From the NCBI GenBank assembly GCA_001771365.1, contig METP01000040.1, positions 1-60,935 on the forward strand: DNA of 60,935 nucleotides, read 5' to 3'. A program made the translations under genes and the position numbers. Each line of letters opens with the position of its first letter. Positions within the stretch are counted from its first letter, which is position 1. Origin of the DNA: a candidate division WOR-1 bacterium RIFCSPLOWO2_02_FULL_46_20 (lineage in GTDB: Bacteria; Margulisbacteria; WOR-1; O2-12-FULL-45-9). Of this stretch, positions 7,308 to 15,918 are shown piece after piece. A model generated the notes under the pieces. It ran no database searches, was not told the origin of the DNA, and was given only the letters and a program-made list of their open reading frames with translations.

Positions 7308-8673
7308 AAAAATAGGCAGCATTTTAGTCGTCGATGACGAAAAAAGCATGCGTGACTCAATGAACATGCTGCTACGCGACAATTATAATGTCCACATGGC
7401 TAAATCCGGCAAAGAAGCCATCAAGAGCGTAAAAAACCACAATATTGATCTCGTCCTTTTGGATATCCGCCTCCCTGAGATTGACGGTATTGAAGTTTTA
7501 AAGATTATCAAGGGAATTGACGACTCCATCGAAGTCATCATGGTGACCGCCGTCATCCTGGTCAAGCAGGCGGTAGAGGCTATCCGCATGGGCGCTTACG
7601 ACTACATTACAAAACCGTTTGATATAGACGCGCTGCAAGACCAAGTGTCCAAAGCTTTTGAAAAAAGAGCCTTGCAGCAAGAAAACATTCTATTGCGTAA
7701 AATGATTGAGAAAGATTACCAGTTTGAAAAGATCGTCGGCAAGAGCAAAGAGATTCGGGAAGTCTTTAAGGTCATTGATGATGTGGCGCGCAGCAATGCC
7801 AGCGTTTTACTTACAGGAGAATCCGGAACTGGAAAGGAGTTGGTTGCTCGAGCCATTCATAACCGCAGCCCTCGCAAAGACAAGCTGTTGGTGGCAATCA
7901 ATTGTGCCGCTATTCCAGAAAATCTCCTCGAGTCAGAGCTGTTTGGCCACGAACGTGGTTCTTTTACCGGCGCAACGGAGCGTCAAATCGGCAAATTTGA
8001 GATTGCCAACGGGGGGACTCTCTTCATGGACGAAATTGGCTCTATGCCCATGGCTATGCAAGCCAAGCTGCTGCGTGTTATCCAGGAAAAAGAGATCGAG
8101 CGCATTGGCGCGGGCCATTGCACTTCAATTGATGTTCGTATCATTTCGGCTACCAACTCAAATTTGCAGGCTGCCATAAAGAAATACAAATTTAGAGAGG
8201 ATCTTTTTTATCGTCTAAATGTTATACCCATCCACCTCCCTCCCTTGAGAGAAAGAAGGGAAGATATCCCATTATTGGCCAACCACTTCCTGCACAAATA
8301 TAACCGCGAATTTGGCAAAAAGATTAAAAACATTAAAAAAGAGGCCATGGATTTAATGGCCATCTATGATTGGCCGGGCAACATTCGTGAGCTGGAGAAT
8401 TTAATTGAACGCTTATCCGTTTTGTGTAAAGACAAATATATTGACGCAAACAGGCTCCCCTCAGAAATCAAAGGGGCGTTTGGCGCCAGGGCTGTCACTC
8501 GAGACGCTTCACTTTTTGAGGCTGTCCAAAAGTTTGAAGCCGAATTTATCCGCACTGCCTTGCGGCAGACTAGCGGCAGAAAAGGCAAAACCGCCCAATT
8601 GCTCGGCATCCACAGGAATACACTTATTAATCTTGAAAGAAAATTTGGCCTCAAGCAAAAACGCTTAAATTAG
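7294..8673 (+). CDS. Sigma-54-dependent response regulator (REC - AAA+ - Fis-type HTH; NtrC family)
   Basis: REC domain (ILVVDDE ... LLDIRLP), Walker A GESGTGKE, GAFTGA-type loop GSFTGA, Walker B LFMDEIG, and C-terminal HTH KTAQLLGIHRNTLINLERK. It overlaps the rpoN stop by 14 nt. Confidence 0.92.
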   Translation: MKKSKKIGSILVVDDEKSMRDSMNMLLRDNYNVHMAKSGKEAIKSVKNHNIDLVLLDIRLPEIDGIEVLKIIKGIDDSIEVIMVTAVILVKQAVEAIRMGAYDYITKPFDIDALQDQVSKAFEKRALQQENILLRKMIEKDYQFEKIVGKSKEIREVFKVIDDVARSNASVLLTGESGTGKELVARAIHNRSPRKDKLLVAINCAAIPENLLESELFGHERGSFTGATERQIGKFEIANGGTLFMDEIGSMPMAMQAKLLRVIQEKEIERIGAGHCTSIDVRIISATNSNLQAAIKKYKFREDLFYRLNVIPIHLPPLRERREDIPLLANHFLHKYNREFGKKIKNIKKEAMDLMAIYDWPGNIRELENLIERLSVLCKDKYIDANRLPSEIKGAFGARAVTRDASLFEAVQKFEAEFIRTALRQTSGRKGKTAQLLGIHRNTLINLERKFGLKQKRLN

Positions 8674-8716
8674 TGTGCGATTTGCCCCCGGATAAACTTG
8701 CTTTGCCCATCAACAT

Positions 8717-9136
8717 ATGCTAAATTTACTCTCTGAGCGTGGTAATAAATTTGCTGTTATTGCCACAGAGGTGATTAAAATGGTGACTGAATTTAGTCCC
8801 ACCGCCAGGAACAGAACAACCAAAGAATGGACCCCGGCCAGGGAATTTCTGCCTATTATTTTGGGGAAACAAATCGGCGGAGAATTAAAAGGCAAAGAGC
8901 TGGAAAAGCTGGCGCTTTTTGAAAAGGGCTTAGCCAATGAGCTTAAACAAGATGACACAATTGAACAAGCCATTACAAAGATTGTCAGGATGGCCGTGGC
9001 CGCGGAGTTTGGGGCGTCATTAGTAGCCGCCTCTGGCGCCAAACAAATGGTCGCGACAATAGCCCGGGGTATCTTGAATGATTCAGAACTACGCAAACAA
9101 GCGCTGATCATTGTCGATCGCTTTGCCCATGCATAA
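8717..9136 (+). CDS. Hypothetical protein (139 aa) between the two regulators
   Basis: An ORF with no recognisable motif. Its stop overlaps the ATG of the next gene (ATGCATAA). The start is uncertain; an internal Met occurs at 8780. Confidence 0.45.
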   Translation: MLNLLSERGNKFAVIATEVIKMVTEFSPTARNRTTKEWTPAREFLPIILGKQIGGELKGKELEKLALFEKGLANELKQDDTIEQAITKIVRMAVAAEFGASLVAASGAKQMVATIARGILNDSELRKQALIIVDRFAHA

Positions 9137-10391
9137 TATTTTAATCGTCGACGATGAGTATTCCATCAGGGAATCCTTCTCTTTAATCCTCGAAGGAACC
9201 CACAAAATATTATTAGCGGCATCCGGAGAGGTCGCGCTCAAAACAATAGCTGACCAGAAAGTTGACATGGCCTTTCTGGATATTCGTATGCCGGGCATGA
9301 ATGGCCTGGAAACCCTCAAAAGGATTAAAGAGATTGACCCGGATATTGAAGTCGTTATGGTCACGGCAGTCAACGACGTGCAAAAAGCCAGTGAAGCCAT
9401 CAAGCTCGGGGCGCGCGATTATGTAATTAAACCTTTCGATGTGGACCATATCACCAAACTGGCTCAACAAATCCTAAGGAAAAAAAGCATTCAGCAACAA
9501 AGCGAAAAAATTCAAAACATAGCCGGACTAAAACTACCTGAACTTATCGGCCCAGGCGAAAAAATACTGGCGGTTATAAAATCCCTTGGCGAGATCAAAG
9601 ACCATGAGCGTGTGCTCATTAGCGGGGAAACTGGCACAGAGAAAGAAACTATCGCCCAAATTATTCACGCTAAAAGCAGTCAGAGCACCCTGCCCTACCA
9701 GGCCACGCAGCTCTCCAGCCTAATGACACCAGCCAGGATAAAAGCTTTGCTTTTTGGCTGGGGCAAAGGGGAGAGCACCGTCGCGCTTGATGCCAAAAGC
9801 GGGCTTATTGAGCAGGTTAAAGGCGGAACACTTTTTATAGATAACATCGAAACCCTGCCGGCAGAAATTTTTAAAACAATTTCTTCATTAGAATTTTCTC
9901 GCAGCGATGATTCAACAAAAATACCCCTCAAGGCGCGCCTTATTTGCGGTTCCAGTTCTAATCTGGAAAGCACTATGCAGGCTTTCTTTGCTCAAGCTCA
10001 CATCCAGGTTCCTGCCTTGCGCGAAAGAAACTCAGACATCCCCTTTCTCATCAATCATTTTGTTGAACAATACGGCACACAGTATGGCCAGGATACCAGG
10101 ATCAGCACCGAAGCCCTGAAAGCTTTGAACAGTTACACCTGGCCAGGCAATACGCAACAATTAGCAAGTGTAATCAAACGGCTTGTCCTTTGTTCTTCGA
10201 CAGGAAAAGTAGATGTGGACGACCTGCCCCTCGATATCCTCCTTAAAACCAGCGAAGCAGCCGGCAGCAATTTTATTTCCGCTTTTGAAAAAGAATATAT
10301 TCGCGCTACATACAAAAAGTGTGGCAAGAACAAAGAAAAAGCTGCCAACCTCCTGGAAATTAACCCCTATTTGCTGGAAACAAAGTTGTAA
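9129..10391 (+). CDS. NtrC-like response regulator with degenerate AAA+ domain (no GAFTGA loop)
   Basis: REC domain (ILIVDDE ... FLDIRMPGMNG) and C-terminal HTH (KEKAANLLEINPYLL) are intact. Walker A reads GETGTEKE, Walker B reads LFIDNIE, and the GAFTGA position reads GWGKGESTV. An alternative start is at 9111. Confidence 0.8.
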   Translation: MHNILIVDDEYSIRESFSLILEGTHKILLAASGEVALKTIADQKVDMAFLDIRMPGMNGLETLKRIKEIDPDIEVVMVTAVNDVQKASEAIKLGARDYVIKPFDVDHITKLAQQILRKKSIQQQSEKIQNIAGLKLPELIGPGEKILAVIKSLGEIKDHERVLISGETGTEKETIAQIIHAKSSQSTLPYQATQLSSLMTPARIKALLFGWGKGESTVALDAKSGLIEQVKGGTLFIDNIETLPAEIFKTISSLEFSRSDDSTKIPLKARLICGSSSNLESTMQAFFAQAHIQVPALRERNSDIPFLINHFVEQYGTQYGQDTRISTEALKALNSYTWPGNTQQLASVIKRLVLCSSTGKVDVDDLPLDILLKTSEAAGSNFISAFEKEYIRATYKKCGKNKEKAANLLEINPYLLETKL

Positions 10392-10397
10392 GCAACC

Positions 10398-10482
10398 TGC
10401 CCGGAGCCGGAGTCGAACCGGCACGGCTTATGCAACCGAGGGATTTTAAGTCCCTTGCGTCTACCAATTCCGCCACCCGGGC
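10398..10482 (-). tRNA. tRNA-Leu (anticodon TAA)
   Basis: The reverse complement reads GCCCGGGTGGCGGAATTGGTAGACGC-AAGGGA-CTTAAAA-TCCCT, then a long variable arm, then CCGGT-TCGACTC-CGGC..TCCGGGCA. This is a class II tRNA, 85 nt long. Confidence 0.9.
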
Positions 10483-10491
10483 AAAGAGAAA

Positions 10492-10941
10492 CTACGGCAC
10501 AAGGCGTTTTTTCTTCTTGATGCCCTGCTTAGTTTCAATATTACGCTTCCAGTCCTGCAGCTTTTCATCGCTCTGCTTCAAAAACTGGGTGATCTTATCT
10601 TCAAAAGTCCCGGGGGTTGGCCTATCCTTCTGATCCCTTGGAGTTCTTCTCCTCATCATCGTCTGCTGCTGTTGCTGCTGCCACTCCGGTTTTCCAACCT
10701 GTTTCATAGAAAGGTCGTATTTTCCTGTCTTGGCAGAACCTAATACTTTAACTTTAACCGTATCCCCCACATTAAGATGCTTACTTATGTCTTTCACATA
10801 AGTATCCGCTATCTGGGAGATATGAACCAAACCAGCATTGCCTTCGGGCAATTCGACAAACGCGCCAAACGCCGCCAGACCCGTTACTTTTCCTTCAATT
10901 TCTGATCCAATATCAATCGGCAAACTCGTTTCACCTCCCAA
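10492..10941 (-). CDS. S1 RNA-binding domain protein
   Basis: S1 fold signature GSEIEGKVTGLAAFGAFVELPEGNAGLVHISQIADTYVKD...GDTVKVKVL, followed by a basic or Gln-rich tail. Confidence 0.8.
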   Translation of the reverse strand: MGGETSLPIDIGSEIEGKVTGLAAFGAFVELPEGNAGLVHISQIADTYVKDISKHLNVGDTVKVKVLGSAKTGKYDLSMKQVGKPEWQQQQQQTMMRRRTPRDQKDRPTPGTFEDKITQFLKQSDEKLQDWKRNIETKQGIKKKKRLVP

Positions 10942-11194
10942 TAACTTTATAAGCTTTTTCGGCTTTTTTGACGAATCCTAACCTGGTTCTGGCAAGTTCT
11001 TCAATCAACCTGTCGCCCTGCAACCTATTCAACCTATCGGTTAAATAATGATCCCGCTCGTTGCCCTGTTCGATATCAATCGTAACCCGTTGAATCTGTT
11101 GCTTTAATTCCAGATTATTCATTATATCCTGTCGGATAAAAAAAATAAAGTAAATGATAATCAGGATAAATAATATAAGACCTAATCTATTCAT
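10931..11194 (-). CDS. Septum formation initiator (FtsB/DivIC family)
   Basis: 87 aa with an N-terminal TM helix, a coiled coil, and the C-terminal ARTRLGFVKKAEKAY motif typical of FtsB/DivIC. Confidence 0.6.
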   Translation of the reverse strand: MNRLGLILFILIIIYFIFFIRQDIMNNLELKQQIQRVTIDIEQGNERDHYLTDRLNRLQGDRLIEELARTRLGFVKKAEKAYKVIGR

Positions 11195-11197
11195 TGA

Positions 11198-11989
11198 TTA
11201 CAAAAACATACCCAGATACCAGACTAGAATCTTCTGGCCAAAAAACAAAGTGATTACACCTCCGGCGGCCAGAGCCGGGCCAAAGGGGACATAGTCCCCC
11301 ATTTTCACCTTGCCAAACCCCAGCAAGACTAAGGCAACTATCGCTGCCAATAAATAAGCCAGAAAGAGCGCCAGCCACAACCCCCGCCAACCAAAGGCTG
11401 CCCCTAACATAGCACCTAAATATAAGTCCCCTTCTCCCATAGCGTCTTTTTTAAATAACATTTTGCCCACGGAACCTATTAAGTAAAGAATAAAAAAACC
11501 CAGCCCCGCGCCAATAAGCGCGGACAGAAAAAGATTCAACCCCCCGGAAAGATTAAACAGCAAACCGACGGCAACACCTAAATAACTCGCCACGCTTGGA
11601 ATAACTTGATGCTCCAAATCAACAAAAAAGATAACTATCAAAAGCGACAGAAAAATCAGAGAAAAAGCAAAGGCAAAAGAAGACGTAAGCGGCGGGAAAG
11701 CTAAAGCGGAAGCAACGAATACACCCCCGCTTATAGTTTCAACTAATGGATAACGAAAAGAGACCGCCGCCTGGCAATACCCGCATGTCCCTCTTATGAG
11801 AAAATAACCAATAATGGGGATTAAGTCAATTACGCCCAACCTATGATTACAGTGGGGACAATGCGAACCCGGAAAAACAATCGATTCTTCACGCGGCATA
11901 CGGTGGATACACACATTTAGAAAACTGCCAACAAACGCTCCGATAATAAAAAGAGAGATTAAATACATTCTGTTTTTAAGCCGGCGCAC
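11198..11989 (-). CDS. pilD: Prepilin peptidase (A24 family)
   Basis: Paired Cys motifs (CPHCNH ... CGYC), multiple TM helices, and active-site Asp contexts (FVDLEHQ and AMGEGDLYLG). The tracked start is a GTG; an ATG alternative is at 11968. Confidence 0.85.
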   Translation of the reverse strand: MRRLKNRMYLISLFIIGAFVGSFLNVCIHRMPREESIVFPGSHCPHCNHRLGVIDLIPIIGYFLIRGTCGYCQAAVSFRYPLVETISGGVFVASALAFPPLTSSFAFAFSLIFLSLLIVIFFVDLEHQVIPSVASYLGVAVGLLFNLSGGLNLFLSALIGAGLGFFILYLIGSVGKMLFKKDAMGEGDLYLGAMLGAAFGWRGLWLALFLAYLLAAIVALVLLGFGKVKMGDYVPFGPALAAGGVITLFFGQKILVWYLGMFL

Positions 11990-11993
11990 ATCC

Positions 11994-12022
11994 TTGACAT
12001 TAGAATACCGTGATTATATAGT
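11994..12022 (+). promoter_or_regulatory. Putative sigma-70 promoter of lipA (TTGACA-17 nt-TATAGT)
   Basis: TTGACA at 11994-11999, 17-nt spacer, TATAGT at 12017-12022, about 48 nt upstream of the lipA ATG. Confidence 0.5.
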
Positions 12023-12070
12023 AATTTAAGGCTGAAGTCAAAATCTGACGCCTCGAGGAAATAAGCAAAA

Positions 12071-12910
12071 ATGCCCCTGCCAAATTATTTAGTTAAAAAG
12101 ATTCCCAAACTACGGAATATTCGCAAAATCAGGCGAATAATTGATGATTGCCACATCAACTCCGTGTGCGAATCTGCCAAATGCCCGAATATCGGCGAGT
12201 GTTTTTCTCAGAATACTTTAACCTTTATGATACTGGGTGATATTTGCACCCGCCATTGCCGATTTTGCGGCGTGGCCAAAGGTTCGCCTCTATCCGTTGA
12301 TCCTGAGGAACCGCAAAGAATTGCCCGGGCTGTCAAAAAACTCGGTTTGAAATATGTCGTTGTCACTTCAGTAACGCGCGATGATCTGGCTGATGGCGGG
12401 GCAAGTCAATTCGCCGAAGTCCTCTTACAACTCCAAACTTCCAACTCCGCGCTCCGAACCGAAGTCCTTATTCCCGATTTTCAAGGAAATAAAGCTGCTC
12501 TACAGACAGTTCTTGCTGCCAAGCCCTTTGTCCTCAATCACAATATTGAAACCATTCCCAGACTATATTTAACCATTCGGCCGGAGGCTGGCTTCAGGCG
12601 CTCTTTGGAACTTTTGTCCTGGGTAAAACGTCAAAAATCGAGCATTTACACAAAGAGCGGCTTTATGGTAGGATTGGGTGAGAAAAAAGAAGAGATTTTT
12701 GATGTCCTGATAGAGCTACGTTCCGCGGGGTGCGACGTAGTTACCATAGGACAGTATCTGGCGCCGACCAGGGCGCATTTTCAGGTGCAAAGGTTTGTCG
12801 AACCGGATGAGTTTTGCGAATATGAATCTTTTGGCAAAAAAATGGGCTTAAAGGTTTTTGCCGGACCCTTTGTGCGCAGTTCATACCGCGCGGGAGAAAT
12901 TGTTAAATGA
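12071..12910 (+). CDS. lipA: Lipoyl synthase
   Basis: Two cluster motifs are present: CESAKCPNIGEC and the radical-SAM CTRHCRFC. Length and C-terminal SSYRA match the family. Confidence 0.92.
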   Translation: MPLPNYLVKKIPKLRNIRKIRRIIDDCHINSVCESAKCPNIGECFSQNTLTFMILGDICTRHCRFCGVAKGSPLSVDPEEPQRIARAVKKLGLKYVVVTSVTRDDLADGGASQFAEVLLQLQTSNSALRTEVLIPDFQGNKAALQTVLAAKPFVLNHNIETIPRLYLTIRPEAGFRRSLELLSWVKRQKSSIYTKSGFMVGLGEKKEEIFDVLIELRSAGCDVVTIGQYLAPTRAHFQVQRFVEPDEFCEYESFGKKMGLKVFAGPFVRSSYRAGEIVK

Positions 12911-14076
12911 AACAGTCTGAACGATTGGCAAAATTACCGGTTTATGTTTTTGCTTTGCTGGATAAACTTAAGGCCGAAGCACGAGCTCAGGGTAAGGATT
13001 TAATCGATTTGACCATTGGCTCACCCAGCCACCTGCCGCCCAAAGAGGCCATCGACGCTCAGACTAAAGCACTCAAAGATCCTGCTTGCCATAAATACTC
13101 CAGTTTTGAAGGGGATCCCGCTTTTATTGCTGCAGTAATAGATTGGTGTAAAAACCAATACAATATTGACATAAAAAAGGATGAAGTTGTAATCCTGGTT
13201 GGCAGCAAGGAAGGCCTGGCTCATTTTTATCTTGCTTATCTCAACCCGGGCGACACAATCTTGGTTCCCATGCCTATTTATCCATCACACTTTAGGGCGC
13301 CTCTGCTTGTTGGCGGAGTGACAGAGATAATGCCAACCGATGAAAAGAATAATTTTCTGCCTGACCTGGATAAAATTGATACAAAGGTAGCTGATCGGGC
13401 TAAGATTATCACCCTTACCTATCCTACAAACCCTACGGCAGCGGTTGCGCCAAAAGAATTTTTTGCCAAAGCCGTGCAATTTGCCAAAAAACACGATTTA
13501 ATCCTTATTCACGACTTTGCCTACGCAGAATTATACTTCGAAGGTAAAAAACCTGTTTCTTGTCTGTCAATTCCGGGCGCAAAAGACGTTTGCATTGAAT
13601 TCCATAGCCTGTCAAAAACCTTTGGCATGGCTGGCTGGCGTCTTGGGTTTGCCGTGGGAAACGCGGCGCTTGTCGGCTCGCTAAAAAGCATTAAGACCAA
13701 TTTGGACTATGGTCCTTTTGGCGCAACGGTAAAAGCTGGCATAGCCGCTTTAAAAGTAAAAGGTAGTTATTTAAAAAAAATGCGCGCCGGTTATCAAAAA
13801 AAACGGGATATTGTTGTGGAGGGCCTAAATTGTCTGGGCTGGAAACTTAAGAAACCTCAAGCAACTTTTTACCTTTGGGTCCCGGTGCCCAAAGGCTTTA
13901 CTTCCATGTCCTTTGTTGAGCATCTTATGGATAAAACGGGGGTGGTTGTTTCTCCCGGCACCGGCTTTGGCGACTCGGGTGAGGGCTTTGTGCGTTTTGC
14001 CTTAGTCGAAAGTGATGAAAAGATAAAAGAGACCGTTTCACGACTAAAAAAGGCAGGCATCAGGTACAATGGTTAA
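12907..14076 (+). CDS. PLP-dependent aminotransferase, class I/II (LL-diaminopimelate/aspartate aminotransferase-like)
   Basis: N-terminal LAKLPVYVFALLD...DLIDLTIGSP and the PLP-lysine context SLSKTFGMAGWRLGF. It overlaps the lipA stop by 4 nt. Confidence 0.85.
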   Translation: MKQSERLAKLPVYVFALLDKLKAEARAQGKDLIDLTIGSPSHLPPKEAIDAQTKALKDPACHKYSSFEGDPAFIAAVIDWCKNQYNIDIKKDEVVILVGSKEGLAHFYLAYLNPGDTILVPMPIYPSHFRAPLLVGGVTEIMPTDEKNNFLPDLDKIDTKVADRAKIITLTYPTNPTAAVAPKEFFAKAVQFAKKHDLILIHDFAYAELYFEGKKPVSCLSIPGAKDVCIEFHSLSKTFGMAGWRLGFAVGNAALVGSLKSIKTNLDYGPFGATVKAGIAALKVKGSYLKKMRAGYQKKRDIVVEGLNCLGWKLKKPQATFYLWVPVPKGFTSMSFVEHLMDKTGVVVSPGTGFGDSGEGFVRFALVESDEKIKETVSRLKKAGIRYNG

Positions 14077-15064
14077 ACCAATTATCGGTCTTACTATGGG
14101 AGATCCGGCTGGGATTGGCCCCGAAATCTGTGCTCGGGCGTTAACCAACTATGAAATCCAGGCCATTGCCAATTGTCTGATTGTCGGCGACCGCAAATCA
14201 ATCCGCGAAGGCATAAAAGTTTCCAAAATTCCTGACATTGAGATTAACTCTATTAATAATGTTTCTGAAGCAAAATTCCGCCGCGGCACGATTGACGTAT
14301 TAGATCTTAACAATGTAAACGTGTCACGCCTCAAGGTCGGACAGGTCTCAAAGGCGGCCGGCAAAGCCTCGGTTGAGTATATTGAAAAAGCAATCCAACT
14401 TGCTAAAGATGGAAAGATTGACGCTATGGTTACCGGACCGATAAATAAAGAAGCCGCGGCAAAAGCCGGTTGTAAATTCAAAGGGCACACTGAGCTTATC
14501 GCCGCCAGAACCAAGGCCAAAGAGTATGGCATGATGTTTGCTTCTGATTCCCTCTGGATCATGCTCGTTACCACCCACATACCGCTTAAGAATGTAAGTA
14601 AAAGTTTAAACATAAAGAATGTTTTAAGGGCGATCAAACTCGCCCACGAAACACTTTTAAAATCAAAAGGAAAAAAACCCAAAATCGGCGTCGCCGGGCT
14701 TAATCCTCACGCCGGAGAAGCCGGTTTATTTGGCAACGAAGAAATTAAAATTATAAAACCGGCGGTGGACGAGGCAAAAAAAATGGGCATTAATGTCAAA
14801 GGGCCGATATCTCCCGATGCCCTGTTCTATTTAGCCAACATCGGTATGTTTGACATTATCGTCGCCATGTATCATGACCAGGGGTTGATCCCACTGAAGC
14901 TGTTGTCTTTCAACCATTCAGTCAATGTTACTGTGGGTTTACCGATAATTCGAACCTCGGTTGATCATGGCACCGGTTTTGACATTGCCGGCAAAGGCTG
15001 GGCCAATCCCCAAAGCATGATTGAAGCGATTAAAGTTGCCGCCCATTTTGCCAAGACCAAATAA
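14069..15064 (+). CDS. pdxA: 4-hydroxythreonine-4-phosphate dehydrogenase
   Basis: Motifs GDPAGIGPEI, GLNPHAGE and VDHGTGFDIAGKG. The pdxA-rsmA gene order is conserved. Confidence 0.9.
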   Translation: MVKPIIGLTMGDPAGIGPEICARALTNYEIQAIANCLIVGDRKSIREGIKVSKIPDIEINSINNVSEAKFRRGTIDVLDLNNVNVSRLKVGQVSKAAGKASVEYIEKAIQLAKDGKIDAMVTGPINKEAAAKAGCKFKGHTELIAARTKAKEYGMMFASDSLWIMLVTTHIPLKNVSKSLNIKNVLRAIKLAHETLLKSKGKKPKIGVAGLNPHAGEAGLFGNEEIKIIKPAVDEAKKMGINVKGPISPDALFYLANIGMFDIIVAMYHDQGLIPLKLLSFNHSVNVTVGLPIIRTSVDHGTGFDIAGKGWANPQSMIEAIKVAAHFAKTK

Positions 15065-15903
15065 TGGTCGCGAGTCGCGAATCGCGAGTCCCCAGTCTGT
15101 CCCGGATAACAAAAGAGCTTCTGGCTAGTTACAATCGACATCCACGCAAACGTCTGGGCCAACACTTTCTAACCGACCCTCAAGTTTTACAAAGAATTAT
15201 CAACGCGGCAGAACTTGACATAGACGACCTGGTGATTGAGATCGGCTCCGGCCTTGGCGTCGTTACTTCAGAAATCGCTAAATTGGTCTATCATTTAGTC
15301 GCTATAGAAATTGACAAAGAATTACTAAAGATCAGCAAAGATGTGCTCAAGCTCTTTCACAATATCAGCTTTGAGCCCAAAGACATTTTAAAAATCGATC
15401 TCCATGAGCTGGCTCTGGGCAGGAAATATAAGATTATTGGCAATCTCCCCTATTATATTACTGCCCCAATAATAGAAAAGATTCTCGAGGCAAAAGATAA
15501 AGCAGAGTTAGCTGTGTTGATGGTACAAAAAGAAGTAGCTGAGAGGATGGCGGAGGCTCCCGGCTCAAAAAAATATGGCTCCTTTTCTGTTTTTGTGCAG
15601 TATCATGCTGAGGTTAAATTAAATTCTTTTGTCTCCAAATCTTCTTTTCTCCCCTGGCCGGAAGTTGGCTCTGCCCTTGTGGTTTTAAAACCCCACCAAA
15701 CACCAAAATACAAAGTTAAAGATGAAAAACTGTTTTTTGACATTGTCCATGCGGCTTTTCAACAGAGAAGGAAACAGTTGAGCAACTCCTTGTCCGAATT
15801 CAAGATTGAGGGAATTGATATTGATTTGAGCCGCAGGCCGGAAACTTTAGGCATTGATGAGTTTGTGAAAATCACCAATTACTGCTATAATCCATCGTCA
15901 TGA
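15064..15903 (+). CDS. rsmA: 16S rRNA (adenine1518/adenine1519-N6)-dimethyltransferase
   Basis: Motifs LGQHFL, EIGSGLG (SAM binding) and GNLPYYIT. The start overlaps the pdxA stop (TAATG). Confidence 0.9.
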   Translation: MVASRESRVPSLSRITKELLASYNRHPRKRLGQHFLTDPQVLQRIINAAELDIDDLVIEIGSGLGVVTSEIAKLVYHLVAIEIDKELLKISKDVLKLFHNISFEPKDILKIDLHELALGRKYKIIGNLPYYITAPIIEKILEAKDKAELAVLMVQKEVAERMAEAPGSKKYGSFSVFVQYHAEVKLNSFVSKSSFLPWPEVGSALVVLKPHQTPKYKVKDEKLFFDIVHAAFQQRRKQLSNSLSEFKIEGIDIDLSRRPETLGIDEFVKITNYCYNPSS

Positions 15904-15918
15904 TAACAAAAGCAAGTG

